A DNA stretch of 64,000 nt from the NCBI GenBank assembly GCA_051362555.1, contig CM120640.1:37343967-37407966 (forward strand). The letters are read 5' to 3'. This document shows, piece after piece, positions 11,701 to 26,484 of the stretch. The stretch is from Lingula anatina (taxonomy: Eukaryota > Animalia > Brachiopoda). The position numbers were made by a program, and so were the translations under genes. A model generated the notes under the pieces. The model saw nothing but the letters and a program-made list of their open reading frames with translations, did no database searches and was not told the origin of the DNA. The number at the start of each line of letters is the position of its first letter. Position 1 is the stretch's first letter.

Positions 11701-14700
11701 TTTACTGTCTGTTGAGTCTTCAATATCTGTAGGGCGAAACAGAAAAAGCCATGATACTAACTAAAATATTTTAACAGTTAATTAAACTAATTTGTTTTGG
11801 AGAACAGATCCCTAGCTTTACACATGCGTGTCGTGTGCCTTTTGGGGGGGATAGTATATTCAAATTTGGCGACAAAACTTTTTTCAATTCGTTCATTTCA
11901 TCCCGCATTACCAGAAACGAATCTTCATGTTATACTTATTGATTTGATATATCGTGATTAAGGCCATAGCCTCGACCTCTTAACGTTACTTATGGTTATG
12001 GTCATGCAGGACGACAGTAAACGAATCGTTTCCAGTCGACAAGATGTCTATTAACTCGCCGACCTGAACGCTATAAATCAGTCAGCGAAATCACAGACGG
12101 AGCAATGAAGTTTAGAAGTAGTGATTAAACATTTGCAAAAGGCGCGCTGGCTGAGGTGTCGTCAAGGGATGCGACTTTTTGTTTTGTGGTTTATAAACGG
12201 ACAAAGTCGTGTTGTAGGGAGCTACATGTACACGTAATTAACGGCCTCTGTAACTTGGTATCGAGTTACACCAGGAACACGGATATGTTCTTTACGCTTG
12301 TCTTTTACTAAACGATCTACTGCTGGGCTTTGTCAACAGTTTTGATAGTTTTTCTATTCTAAAGCATTTGCTAACTGGTGCGTGTATTTAGCTCCAGTAA
12401 GCCAGGGCCTCTATTTCCGAAATTTTAATGGATTTACAGAATCAAATTTCAATTAGACCGTCGTCTGCCTGGTTGAAGTGACTTAATGAAATCTACCCAT
12501 GTATTTGCATTAATCTAGACGCAATCCTATCTATTGAGAAGGTAGACCCAAAAGCTTCACTGTATCTTGCTGCAACAATAATTCCTTTAACTGCAACGCT
12601 TGAATAAGCGCCAAAATAAATCACTTCCGAAAGTCTGCTTACTACTGCTTCTATTGCCTTTGACATATCGAAGCTGTTCAACTAGGAATAACACCTGCTT
12701 GATTATAATGTTATATGGTAGACCACACGAAACTTTAGCGTGCACCTGTACTGTGCTTTCAGACCCATGTCACTTTGCTTACTGCATCCCAAGTTATTTT
12801 CTAATTTTTTAAAAATACCAGTCACCATTACAGACTTAGAATAGAAACTATTTTGCATTTTATGTATGAAATTAAGCACACCTTAAAATGTATGTAACCA
12901 AATAAAACAAAATGTATGCCCTGACAGTAATGATAATGGGTTTGCCGCGTGATATGACAAAAAACAACATAGTCATATATATTTCAACATTAATTTGTTG
13001 CGCGAAATTGACAAAGGTGTGTCTCACACGTCAGGTTACCGCCTGGTCTAGTACACAGCAAACAGTACTTGCTCACATCTAAACAGCTTCTATCCATTCT
13101 CTCAATTTTGAGATGAGAAAAAAACGTCTCCGGAAATGGATTTTGTAGACACAATGACCCTAGTCTCTTATTTTTCTACTTTACGTCTCCAAATTGCATT
13201 TAGCTGATAGACACAGATCATAGACTCCTTATGTCTGTTACGTAACCGTTGCGTCATTGTTGGTTTTGGATAGATTAGTAGATTGATTCTGCCGTTCAAA
13301 ATCTCGCCGAGAACTTCCTCAACTGAAAGGAGGAGTCTTTTGATGTTATTTCTCGCAATTACTATCTGGCGTGTACCATCTATGCTTTACGTGCTGCATA
13401 TTCATTTCCATTATAGCACGTTGGCATGATACGCGGCACTAGACAAGGCGGTTGGAGCGACATGAAAGTAAATTAAGTTGGCCTTTCGTACAGAAGGTAC
13501 GACTGATAAAATATACCTCCATACTAAGGGCCAGCAAACCGAATTATACCATCCAAATTACATGTATTAACCACGACAAGATGAAGATGACTGAGCAAAG
13601 TGCAATAGAAAAATCCGTAGCGGATAAGGATTATTATCAAATACGACCAAAACCTGAAAATAGCGCTATACGCAAAAGTCAAGGTAGGTCAGCTAATATC
13701 TTGAAAAATTATGATAGTCCAATGATGATGTTTAATGTTTGATGATATCACTAGCCATCTGAGTGCAGTTTGTGCTGAAGCCTCCTTTTCTTGTGAACAA
13801 CTTAACTTCGAAGGTGAAACGCATATCATTAGTCCAACTTTCTAATGCAATGCATGCATCTTACAATCAAGCAAATTGAGTCTCTAGACTTAAAGATGTC
13901 TAATTTGATGAGCAAATGTAATCAATGAGTGTTTATGCCGGAAGTGAACAATGCATTAGAACAGGCCCATGTCTAGAATGAGATGCTAGTATTTACCTCA
14001 GCTGGTTCCTCCTTAGGTTTGAAATTACAAAACGTAGAGATCAGAATATCCCCATCCCCCCCTTTTTTAGATGTTCTTATTCTTTCCTGTTTTCTCGGCA
14101 AAACTAAAGCTTCTAAAACTTGGGTTTAAACTGTGTTTACTATCTAAAGTTAGACATTTACTGTTGCAATGACATTGTTTAAATTACTATAAGTAAATAA
14201 AGAAACATGGTTGACCGAAACATGGTTTAAAGTAGTTGGGAGGCCATCTTAGTTTCAAAATAATTCACCTTTTGAGGGAAAAAACTTACACCACATTTGG
14301 AATCAAGTTGCAGCATTTCACGCGGTATTCAAAAGAACTAGAGAACTGCCTTCACTAGTATTTCTCTTGCATGCACACAAACAAATGAGTCTGCTTTCCA
14401 GAAAACGGTAATCCGAATTTTCTTGTCACCTTATTAAACGGATGAGTACTTCGCGCCTGTTAAGTAAAACCTACATGATGCAAAAGACATTGAGCAAGTG
14501 GTGTCATTCTACTAAATAAAAGAGACAGCTTGACATCTCGTGAGGCTTACGAATCAAGCGAGATTTGACGTTAAATATGTCAAGTTGCAGAATAGTTTTT
14601 TACTCTTCTTAGCACAAACACACGAGCTGTATAAATGTGACTGCACCAAGTCGCTCTGGTGTATTTTTTCCAAGGAACTTATCGCGCTGAGGTTTATACC

Positions 14701-16524
14701 AGAGAAACAAGAAACTGTAGGTATGGTGTCTCATTTTTTTTTCCTTAAGAATGTGTTTCGTATCTGTAGATAATCTCCCACAACAACTCTAGACCGACCG
14801 TTTTGTGATATGACATTTTGTCTTTTCTTAACCTGTTGTGATATATTAAGTTGTTTGTGAATAGTAAATTGCAATATTTTTCTGTGCATTTTCTTTTGGA
14901 AGTGAGAAGTTGAGTAAAAAATACTTTGAACTAAATTGACGTTGAAGCTATTTTTAACCAATATACTTACATGTGTACCTCTATATCGCTGGTAGCATAT
15001 CATGCAAGCCAGTTAAAACATATATGTACAATGTATATGATGGTCCTGCTGTATAATTCAATAGCTGTTATGTTTTAAGTGGATAATAAGGACGTGAAAC
15101 AAATTATTTAACGGTAATAATCAATTATTGAATCATCTCAATCAAGGTAAACGGAGGTCCTCTTAAGTGTTGGTGACAGTGTTAAGTTAACGACAACAAC
15201 CAGTAAAGTCAACTCCTTTGACTCAAGATGCATTTGTTTTCAGGTTGCCTAACTAGGCCCTATTATCATTTCACGTAACATAATTTTGTGTCTTACATGT
15301 AATTTAAGAGTGGCATCTTCGTGACTAACCCAGATATATTATGATGGTTGTTTATCATCGGCAAATCAAGGTCAGCGTGCTAAACTTACGTAATAATACA
15401 TATGATTGTGATTCATTTGTGCTAAGCACACGATTCTCGTCCAACTTCAAATGCGTGTTTCATTCTAGTAACATGCGGGATTACACTATTCACGAATTCT
15501 GAAAATCAGTCGAGATTTTGGTGCTTTCTGTCTTGGCCAAAGTCTAGTGAATGCACCAAAATTTTGAATAACTTGCAGAATTTTTATACAGTATACATAA
15601 GTTGAAACATTCGCGAATTAAAAAGGGATTCATTGTTCGATGTATTTCTTCATATAAGACTTAAACATTGGTGCTCCATTCTTTAACTTTACAAACCTTG
15701 ATCTGCTAATGTTGTTGCAAGTTATGCCATAAACTTGCTTTGAAATCCACGACATAATTAGACAACTGATATATCAATATAGGGAATTTCGATGTTTCTG
15801 TCAAATTATTAACCATACCAAATATTGTGGATCAATCCAAGAATTCAAGGTTCAGTGGAATGGATACGGACTTGCCTATTGTACATTTAATTATTGTCAG
15901 CAAAATTGCACTCTTTCTGTCCTGTGCATCTTGACATTCAGAATTCCTGCGGACATGAGGGGACTGGACATTGGGGACGGGACCCACATTGATGCAGCAC
16001 CTCTCAGGGGTATTGATTTACGATAGGGAGAGGAAGCCCAGGCCTGCTAGATGCTCTAGATGTAATGGATTCAGAAGGGCATTGAGATATGAATGCATGA
16101 TTTGTGATGTTAAACCAATTTTTCCCTACAAATTAATCTTCTTTTCCGGGTTGTGTGATGGTATGCTGTGACAAAATATCAACAGGATCGAATAAAAGGT
16201 GGTTAGGAGTGTGGGCGAAAAATACCCACGGGCAAATAAGTAATTAAAGGTTAAACAAGCCCTTTTAGCTCATTCAACTATGTACTTTTATTTCAGTTTG
16301 TCATCGCATTATTATTTCAGATGTATAGGCAAAAAATAGCCTCTTCATTTTAAATTTTTGGGCAGAAAATCTACTGTTCCTTTAAAACAAGGGTCTCTTG
16401 CATCATTGATGATAGTTAGTTCGTACACATGATCACGTATAGCAGCATGGTCGTTCACAAAATTGCCTCCTATGACTTAATGTTGGAACATATTTGACAT
16501 GTCAGATTAGGACCAATATACCGT

Positions 16525-16525
<1 letters not shown>

Positions 16526-16560
<35 letters not shown>
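16526..16560 (+). repeat. poly(T) 35 nt
   Basis: Seen directly. Confidence 0.9.
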
Positions 16561-16562
<2 letters not shown>

Positions 16563-16895
16563 ATTTGTCATTAACGCTTAAATGGCGCTAATTCCACCCT
16601 CCTCCCCCAAAATACATATAGACAAAATTATTTGGTCGAAATGACTGAAGCATTCGAATAGATCAAAGGGTTATCGCACTTTTATCACCATGATTGAGGA
16701 AAAAACACTTGTTGGGCGCCCCATTGATAAAGCCAGAGAACCTGTGACCACATATAAACGAGAAGAGATTGATTAACCCGATTAACCTTCAGTGAAGTGT
16801 CCTTCAAACATTTGGAACACGATGAGGTCTGTAGTAATTTATGGCCATTTAGAATTGCTTGTTTTACGTGTGTTTTACGGCATTGATAATCTCCC

Positions 16896-16902
<7 letters not shown>

Positions 16903-16970
<68 letters not shown>
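16903..16970 (+). repeat. (CT)n(CA)n compound microsatellite
   Basis: Seen directly; it generates three spurious ORFs in the track. Confidence 0.95.
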
Positions 16971-16973
<3 letters not shown>

Positions 16974-18299
16974 GAACTTTCACTAGTACTGTTGTTAGAT
17001 GTCTTGTCTATGACTCTCTGATGGTTAGATTTAAATCACCAGGCAAAAAAAACGACATGATCTTTATTTCCTGAACATTTTTGATCAGACTCCTCAAACT
17101 GCACTTAAGGAAACAAAATTCCATGTCTTCCTTCACTCAGAGGAATAAGGAAAATAATGATCTGGTGGATCCAATTCCGTCGATTGAAGAATTAGACGTA
17201 AATCAGTGTGATATCTTATCGTGGAACGGTGCAAAGGCGATGAGGGATTATGAAAGCATTAGCTCCTGGTTTGATAGAGAGATGCTCATATTCCTGGGTC
17301 ATTTACGTTTTATTCTGGGTACCTTCAACATATAATGGTCGCGATATCGACTGTCGATATGCTCTTTTTATAGCAAGATTCTGATTCTGTTTTGTTTTTA
17401 TCACACATCGCGCTAGCGGGCCTTTTGTAATTTCTTTTAACGGCATTCATAAAAATCTCTAACCATAAAAACAGTGCGGGTAATCATTCATAACGTCTTG
17501 TCCATGAAATAGTGCGGATAGTCGCTCCTAGGTGCAATTACTTTTTTTCTGTATCGTGCAAAAATCACATTTTCGACTGTAAACAATTGGCACTTGAATT
17601 AAAATGTTGTTTTGTAAGTGCCAGATCGAAGTATGCATTGACGGGCCTGGGTGAATCACTGACCATTGTCCTTTAAATGGTATAGTTTCCAGATGTCATG
17701 GTATAAAGGGTTGTAAAATAATTCAATCTAAAGGAAAAGAGCATATGGCACGTGTTTACTTGCGTCTAGTTGATAGCATGATTAATGGTGTATGTTGTGT
17801 AAAGTACACAGAAGAATTAATTAGAAGATGGCCACTTGATTGGACAGGAAGCTTAAGACGTCTGAGGCACCATTCCATGGTCATTGATTTGAATTTTGGA
17901 ACAGATACCATAAATCAACTGGGGTTTTTATCAGACACGAGTTTTTGCTCTTTTTGAAAATTTGAATTTCTGCATTTCTGCGGAATTTCCGCCCCAAAGG
18001 CCCATTGTAACAAATACATTAAAATTCTGTTGTAATTAATCCATTTGTCCGGCGACGTGTTAAAAGCTGAAATGGGGTAATTACCTTAATAGCAATTGCC
18101 CAGAACTGTATAACCGAAGAAAGATATTTGAAAATTTTGTTTTATCGGTACAGTTAGAAATCTGTGTAACTCCCGATTAAAACAAACATGAACAATGCCT
18201 TACAAACCACTTGATTCGAAATTTAGTTACCAAAGATAAAGAAGTAAATGGAATTTAGCATTGGAACCAATACATTGGTTTACCTAGTCCCAAGGTAAA

Positions 18300-19810
18300 T
18301 GGATTATACGAGACATGACATCCACATAGCCAGGGTTCTGTAAGTACAATTGTGCTGGGAATGCTAATTACTTAACACCACAACAAAGCGGTAGATGGTT
18401 ATCAGGAAATTAAACAGAAAGTCAGACAAGGTTAACTTTCTGTGTAAAACATGTTCAGAGTCTCTGCTTAGGAACCTGATGTGCAATAAAAAACATGTAC
18501 CACTGTTAGCCAAGTCAGATAAGGGAGACACCAAGGTTCCAGAGCCGTTTACCGTTTGTTCACAAACTGTGAAGATCTTGACTAGCTGTTTCTCTGTAGA
18601 CATTTTCCCTAGGCTACAGGCCATAGGCTGTATATTGAATGCCGTGTCATATATTGTTTGATACGACTTATGCATCACCCCCTTTCACGGTTCCATCATG
18701 CTGCTTTTCCGGAAGCTTTCGTCTATGGCAATGCCTTGCAGGAATTAGATCAAATACTTTGGGCCCATAGCGAATAAGAAGGACGACACATGGACGCTTT
18801 ACATTAAGTATAAATGCACCAAAGTAATTCTGAGTACATAAAAACGCCCTGAACATCATCTCTTACTACCTCTAGAATACAGACGTTTTGACATAGCTGG
18901 AACATGGCATTCAGTAAAAAAAAAAGCTGAAACGAATTTCATGCCATTAAGGTTATAAAAAAATCTACTTGTACGAGAACAAATGTAATGTCTGAAGTAA
19001 TACATATTCTTGCTTGTTTTTATGATATCCTGTCTGTAAGCCAATTGGAATGTTCTAATTTTAAGAAAATATGACTTAAAATACAGTATCTGTAAAATTC
19101 ACATATGCCCCATTGCAAAGATCGAATAAATGCCGTACTCCTTGGAGTGGCCAAGGAATGTTTTTTAAAGAAAGGCCGTATGCAAGCGTGCAAAAGATAT
19201 TTCAGAAGGGATCCTCTCAATCTGGAATTGGGTTTTTAGACCGACTTTGCTTTTTGTGTAGATCATCACTAAAATGTTACATAAACAGTTCAGTCAAACC
19301 AGCGAAACAATGGCGTGGAGTGGCATCGAATGTAATATCAGTGGGCTACATGCATTATCGACAGCTTTTGAGTTGTTTTAGTCCACATTTTGGAAAGTCT
19401 TTTTTATCCACCCGACATACTGTATTACTAAAATCTGTTACGTTGAAGGGAAAGCTTTTCTTCCCAGATTTGTGGAGCGAGGATATCTCCGAAGACCAAA
19501 CACCTGATGCTCAAGATCGTCACAGCATTTAACCATTTCCATTGTCAGTCTCTTAAACTTGATATTTGATTTCGTGTGGAGAATGTATCAATTAAAGGGA
19601 GTGTTTTCTTTTTAGCCTGATCCCGAGGGAATCGTCTATCCAATTATGACAAGCTTATGGGAGTCAACAACTGAAATGATAAGACCATTTCTTGAGAAAT
19701 ACACATTAGCGTCCATTAGTTCCATCAGCTCATTGTTGACGAATGATTGTTTTTGGTGTACATTCGAAACCAGGGGGAGGACTATTACTAATTATTTGGT
19801 AAGAAACCAA
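18300..19810 (-). pseudogene. Decayed leucine-rich-repeat (Toll-like receptor ectodomain-like) sequence
   Basis: Minus-strand translation gives LRR-like pieces (ATPRHCFAGLTELF, YGPKVFDLIP, NNELMELMDANVYFSRNGL). With a 1-nt frameshift at 18315-18349 it reads QLYLQN-PWLCGCH, resembling the LRR-CT cap LxLxxNPWxCxC. Many stops and frameshifts. Confidence 0.4.
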
Positions 19811-20739
19811 TCTGAAGACACACAAAGAAAACACAGAAATCATAAGAAAAAGAATTCGGGTCTTAGCATGGTACCCAGACGCCATGCCGAAAGGATCCTT
19901 TCACCTCTTACGCAGTTATTTTAATCAGTTTGTTTCAGCACAATAATTCAATTCATGGCTTTATTAGCAATGGATCCAGGTTCATATTTGCCTTTTTTTT
20001 TCATAAAGCAACAGGCCAAAAATAAATGTTTTTATGCACCAAGAAAGAATCAGTAATGGGGGTTTTGACTCAATATGAAAGGTGTCAACGACCATTAGTG
20101 CATGGCTATTTATTCAAGTCGCTAAGATGGCATCTGCTCTCCCACATCGCATATTGCTTTTTAGAGGTCAAGTGGGCTTGCTCCAGAACGAGTTCATCGG
20201 ATCCTATGGAGAAAAACGAAACATAACGAAATATGTTCTAAAACGAAATATATAGTACTATTATTGTCAAAAAATGTTTGCTTGTTTTTACTTCAGTATC
20301 TTTTTGGAAGTCACTGGCCGCTGTAGGGTTTGTGAGCATGCTTTGCGACGTTGTATTGAATGTGATAGGCGACTCTAAATTGGAGGAAATTGTATTTTCC
20401 ATAATAACGTGGAATTGAATTTGCAAAATATTGATTTAGTGACAGAACACATTGACCATATCAGGTTCACGTAATATCCTTTAGAAGGTTAGAAACGTTT
20501 TGTTATTCACTGCCTGTAAAATGATGTAAAATCCAAAAACTATTTCCTATTGATTTTAAATGTCTTTATTTAAAAGTGAAAACAAAAATGAGCCTATATA
20601 TCAAAGCGCCAACAGACAAAGAAAGATATGTGATCCTACTATCTAGGCTTTGAAGAAATGTTTATTGTTTGGATATAGCAAGGTATCCTTAGTTACAGTC
20701 ATCGTTTCTCCATGCTTGCCACAAATTCAAATGTAGCAA

Positions 20740-20951
20740 ATTGAGTAGATTAACTAATTTGTAGATAGGTGAATAAGTATGACAAAGGTAATTTTATTAT
20801 ACACCCCTGTATGTACCTTATACCCTTAACACATATACGGTAGTTATCAAATTGAATAGATTAACTAACAAATAGATAGATGAATAAGTATGTCATACAC
20901 CTCCGTATCCATTTTATACCCTAAATACATATTAATATGTACGGTAGTTAT
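20740..20951 (+). repeat. Imperfect ~110-bp tandem duplication within a probable interspersed-repeat remnant (extends to ~21360)
   Basis: ttga(g/a)tagattaactaa...tgaataagtatg...tacggtagttat occurs twice; cggccatttt(a/g)gattttt occurs twice downstream (~21062, ~21209). Confidence 0.6.
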
Positions 20952-22192
20952 GCACTACCACAAAGCTCTAGAGATTTAACCCCTGACTTGTAACGTTTTG
21001 GGTAACTGAGTTAATTGATTCCTATACCTTTAGTCTAAGTGCATAATGAACACATTGTTGACGGCCATTTTAGATTTTTGATAGTATAGCAGTATGATTC
21101 GAAATAGTTAAGGGATACATTTAGAGACAAATTTCTAGTGCATAATTGGGCTAAAGTAGTATGAATAAGGCTCATCTTTGCTAAAGTTTACATTTCTAAG
21201 GAAAATGTCGGCCATTTTGGATTTTTCATGTTTCCCATTTAGCGATTTTGTGGGACTTTTAGTATGATACTTTGGGGACCTCAAGGAAATACTTATAAAA
21301 ATAAATTCTGTTGCAGTTTTGTAAAAGTTTACCCACAAATGCCCTAAGTATCTAGCCTTCACTTTTACCAGGTGTCATCAATCAGACACCAATCTGGCGG
21401 CGGACAGCGATGTTGCAACATTTGATGTTACCTGGATAGGTATTGGCCTTCAAATTAAAAAATAATATAGTAAAACAATTTTTGACTTTCGCTTTCAGTT
21501 AGCATGTTGTTTTGCAAACCTAAGCCAAAGTCAACAGTTGCACGATATTGATTCCAAACAACTGTTTTTATCATTTCAATTCCATGACTTATCATGACGT
21601 GACAAGGAAGTTTCCACTAATAAAAAAAGCGTAAATCATAGTTCCTTGAAAAAAACTGTACTTTGCGTTTTTTCAGATTAAAAGTTTATTCACTTTTGCA
21701 GCATGTATCTGAACTTGGCTCAATACGGTCTCCAATAAAGTCGCAACATGTCATTTCGGGCCGCGGTTCTCTATAAAGCGTACCTCCATGAAACATGAAA
21801 ATAAGATCAATAATACAAATATGGTTTGCGTTTCATAGAACTTTCCTTACATGTATGCTTAATCTCCGGTCCTGGAAGGGATATTCCACACACTTTGACC
21901 ACCGGTCAGGTACACCTAAATAAACTTTTGACCGATCAATACCGGAAGACCGCGGCTCACACAGCTAATTGTAATCTAATATTTACATGTGCCCTGTACG
22001 TAAGTGCTTATGTCCCAGCCGTGTTTTTACATACACCCTTCCGTCTGTCTCACTATTAATCAATAGCCTTTTTTTCACTGCATACTGTAAGTCTTTGGCA
22101 TAATATGATTAAGAAAATGGAAAGTTTCTAAAAGATATTAACTCGATGTTTAGTATTTTACCTAGAATACAGTTTGCTGAACGTATTTATAC

Positions 22193-22308
22193 AGCGAACT
22201 CAGGACGTTATTAGAACGTTACCATAACATAAAAATTACCAAAAGAAACGTTATGATAACGTTATATTATGGTAACTTTATAAAACGTTCTGTGTTTGCT
22301 TTGCTGGG
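22193..22308. mobile_element. Short foldback DNA-transposon remnant (AACGTT-rich)
   Basis: agcgaactcaggacgttattagaacgttaccataac versus attatggtaactttataaaacgttctgtgtttgct form imperfect inverted arms. Confidence 0.5.
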
Positions 22309-25300
22309 GAGTCATAACGGTGTAGGTTACACCAGTCTCTTCGATGTGGGTTAGTGTAGCCCACTACAGAAATGTCCTTTTCTCGATGTCGACACATATA
22401 TGTATCATTTATTGCTTATCTCTGCTTGTGGTAAGAGTTCACATCGTTGATGCACATACGCATCTACACATACCCATTATATTGTAGCAATGACAAAATT
22501 AATCAAGATGTCGGTCAAAATAAGATTCTAATATGATCGTTTTAATCAGCCCCATACAGCGGTATCCGATTTCCAGCATAGCTGATGGTAAAAGATAATA
22601 ACCATCAGGCTATGTACAAAATTTAGAGAATCGGCTATCATCTGGTTTTAACTGGACTTCCTACCATACCTTAAACATAATACTATTTTGATGATAAATG
22701 GCAAATATCTATCAAGGGTTGGAAATGACAATTTCGCTTATTAGTGCGTTTTTGGACGGACAACGTTCGAACACAAGAGCTAAAACAAAAACTTTAAATC
22801 GTTCGTATGGAATCGGAAGCATTTTTTATGCCAGAATCAAGATACGATCACTGCGCAGCTACATGATAGCCCGTGAATAGTACCAGTACCAACACTCTTC
22901 ATAAACGAACGAACGCATTGCACATTTTTAATAAAATATTCCATTGGTGGAAAGAGAGTATCAAGAACGTGTTGTGGTCCAAATCCCCCCCTTCCCTGTA
23001 CATATTAAAAGTAAAGTGCATTTTGAACACATTTAGTATATATTATTTCTCTCCATAGTAAAACAGATGCTGAATCCATCGTTCTGTTTTTAAGAAGTGA
23101 GCTCGGTCGACCCATCAGATATCCGCGCTTAACGACATTTTTGTAAAAAGGCCTCGAGAGAATATCCGAAGAAGAGTTCAGCTGTTAATCCAAAATAAGA
23201 TTAGGGAAAATGAGAACATAGTTGAACTTTTATATCTACTAATGAAGAAAATCTCCGTTCTACTTTATTGTGTCGTATTCATACATAAACATCTGGGAGG
23301 AAGGGTTTTCTTATGTCACACCGTAAAGAATGCAGTTTAATGGGATCACTCATAACTGTTGACATTGAGTGTCTCACTTGCTGCCATATATAGTGAATCA
23401 ACATTTGCAGTCGACAACTTGTTCGATGAGAAACATGAGCAAAGGAACCGCTTACGTAAGTAAATGTAGGTCAAGGCCACGGACCACAATCTTTGCTTTG
23501 GGAATGTTTTTTGAAAATGCTTTAGAATTTTTGTCATTACAATAAAAATAAGTCTTCTTGGAGGATGACTCAGTAGCTAACAGCGCTCTTCCGGCGCTCC
23601 TTTCCTTACTTATCTATAAAATACAACCGAGTCCAGATAAAAACCATTCAGAATTAAATGTATAGTTAAGTATGGGTGGAATTGGATATGATGAGCATGA
23701 AAAATATGTACGATGTAATATTACTTTTGGGATATTTACTAGTACCTCTGCTCCTCAACTTGTGAGATTTGAAAAAGTGTCTAATTACCTCTTAAAAAAC
23801 GGTCGCAAATAGCTCTCTTGGTCCACCATTGCGCACGTGAAAGGTAAAGCATGGCCTCTGGGACAAAATACTCCATGAAACGGGTTGTGAAAATATTTTT
23901 CACCTTAAAGACAAATACGTAGTTCACACTTCCCGTATACTAAAAATGAGAATAGAAATAAAATGGAATATTAAAATAATTGAAATAAGAACCGGAATTG
24001 AAAATAAACGCATATTCGAGATAAACGTTTGGTATAATTTTATAAATGTCATTTTCAGCCTCCACCAAAAAGGAGGCTTGTCTCATGTCCAACGTTTTCA
24101 CAACTTTACATTGTTAACCAAGGCCCCTCGAAACAACTTGGTTATACAGTTAACTAAGTATTCAATAGTACCATATTTTGTCATTTAATGCTAACAAAAT
24201 ATAAATCTTTTCTCATGAATTTATGTCTTATGATATCTCTCTCCGCAAGATAAGGTACAGAACACGCGTGAGTCTTAATATTTATCCACTTGGTTGATTA
24301 TTTAGATATCTTCCTTTGTTCATTCCGGGTTATCGACAAACAGCAGTGATTGAGTTGTACAATTTCCTACGCGACATTTCAGTGAGCTCTGCTGTAGGGT
24401 GGAAGCGCTGCTTTGCGTGCAAAAGGAAAAGGAAAAAGCAGCTGTACTTGACGCAAAGTTCGTTCATACTTGGTAAGATACCGTCTTTTACCATAACGTA
24501 TATTTGCATGCTTTCAAAATTGTTTTTAAACGTTTTTCTATTTATCCCTGCTGAGTTGAGCTATTAACAACTGGTCCGAGTAGGTGGGCCTATTTATAAT
24601 GTACAGACACCTCAGACCGAAGGTCATTAAACTCGATATTTTTGCCATATGCGATAACCTTGAAGTGATTTTTATTGTTTTTATATCTATTGCTATGTTA
24701 AACTTTCTAGTTTCTTACTCTTTGTTTGACATGAATAAAAATAAAAAGTATGGGCTATATAAGGTATTCCTCCTGATGTCATTTTGTCTTTTTCGCGAAC
24801 ACTTTGAACATAATTATTGTAACATGTTGTCATTCTCAGACTTGTCAAGACATTAGTTTAAGGGCCGTGCCATGTACCCCTTATTTAAAAGTAACCCATG
24901 GTAAGCATCGAAGTCTTAATTGAAACTCAGCGATGCTCAATCCACCTCATTTCACCTCTTTGTCTGTATAACGACCTTGGGCTGATCTTCCAAAGGGGAA
25001 TATACAGTGGCGTGATCCATTAGATTCAATCTTTGCTAAAATTTGAAATACTCATATTCTTATTGCTGTCTTTGATGACCACGGTAATTCAATTTTCATT
25101 TTTCTTTGTTAACGCTCTAAGAAGGATTTCATGAACTTTTGACCGAAAACCAGCTCAATGGGGTATAGTATCAATTCGTCGGACATCGTTTGTTGTTTGT
25201 TGCTTTTATTGTCACAACTAATATTTTACCAATCACAAATTGCCCTTCACAGTTGCCAGCAATCACGGAGATGGATTTTTGTGTTCGAATATCACGCGTT

Positions 25301-25762
25301 GTAGTCTAGAAACGAAACAGATAGATTAATGTTGCAGTATAGGGTGCATGTAAACTTGCAAATATATTGCTGGTTCTTATATATATGGGGGCGCCATACG
25401 TAATCTACGAGTAACTTCACGCATGCTTTGATATTCAATCGCTTTAAACTACATTCGAGTTTCTAGAAAGCAGAATCGACTTTGAATATGAAACTAGGTG
25501 TTGTCACAAGAAGACGCACAAGATCAAAGAATGTCTACAAGTGATATGTAATCGTACTGCGGTAATCCATTGCTGTTTGTCACTTCGGCGCGTCTAATTG
25601 CTTCAAAGTCACACGGACTTTGAAAAGTAACCCATTGTTAGCTAATATATTTAGTGAGAATTATATGACAAAGGTGGAAGAAAGGTTACATTACGGTCAT
25701 TGACATTACTTCCATATCATATTTATTGTAACATTCAAACGCGTTGACTTTAGGAGGGCGTT

Positions 25763-25765
<3 letters not shown>

Positions 25766-25796
<31 letters not shown>

Positions 25797-25800
25797 TAAC

Positions 25801-25839
<39 letters not shown>

Positions 25840-25864
25840 TATTATTATTATTATTATTATTTAT
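25766..25864. repeat. (AAT)n directly followed by (ATT)n: palindromic AT-rich microsatellite
   Basis: Seen directly; source of the poly-N/poly-Y ORF at 25706-25915. Confidence 0.95.
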
Positions 25865-26191
25865 AGAACAGCTGATGTTTGACTTGTGCATCAGCACCAC
25901 ATTCACTGCTAACACTGCGGACAGGAAAATCTGTTACCTGTAACATGAGTAATGAGACAACCCCAGCAAATTCTGAGTCACGTAAAGACGTTATTAGAGC
26001 AATTATATCATGTTGTACGTGTATCACTCGAGTGATTTAAGAAGACAGTGATCGATTACAGGATAAAAAACACAACTTTTTGTTGGAGCTCAGAAAATGA
26101 CGTATGCAACCAGACATAATCATATGAGACACGCAGACACGAGGGCACACTGCCAGTTTGGATAAGTTTTCTTGGTCTCAAACTTTGTCTA

Positions 26192-26484
26192 AGGGGCCAT
26201 TCAGAATATATGATCCGAGTACTAACTGATCCGCCGACTAAATATGGCCGACCCCACTTGAAAAAGCGATGCCGCTAATTCCATGATGGTCTCCCCACCT
26301 CCACACGCGCCGTCGCTGCAGGGACCTAGCATTTAAACCTCGGAGCCACGATTTAATCCGTTTAATGGCGCGTGTGGAGGCGGGGAGACCATCGGGAATT
26401 AGCGGCAACGCTTTTGAAGTGTAGTCGGCCATATTTACTCGTCGGTTCAGTAAGTACTCGGATCATCAATTCTGAATGGCCCCT
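26192..26484. mobile_element. ~293-bp foldback MITE with ~120-bp inverted arms and TA flanks
   Basis: ta|aggggccattcagaat...attctgaatggcccct|ta. The arms stay complementary through gatccgagtact, aatatggccgac, gccgctaattcc, gatggtctcccc and cctccacacgcgcc. Confidence 0.85.

Noticed and set aside
16685-17074. ORFs with ER/SL/HT repeats
   Set aside because: Produced by the (CT)n(CA)n microsatellite.
25891-25925. REST/RE1-like half-sites tcagcacc ... ggacag
   Set aside because: The ~20-nt spacer is outside known canonical and non-canonical spacings.
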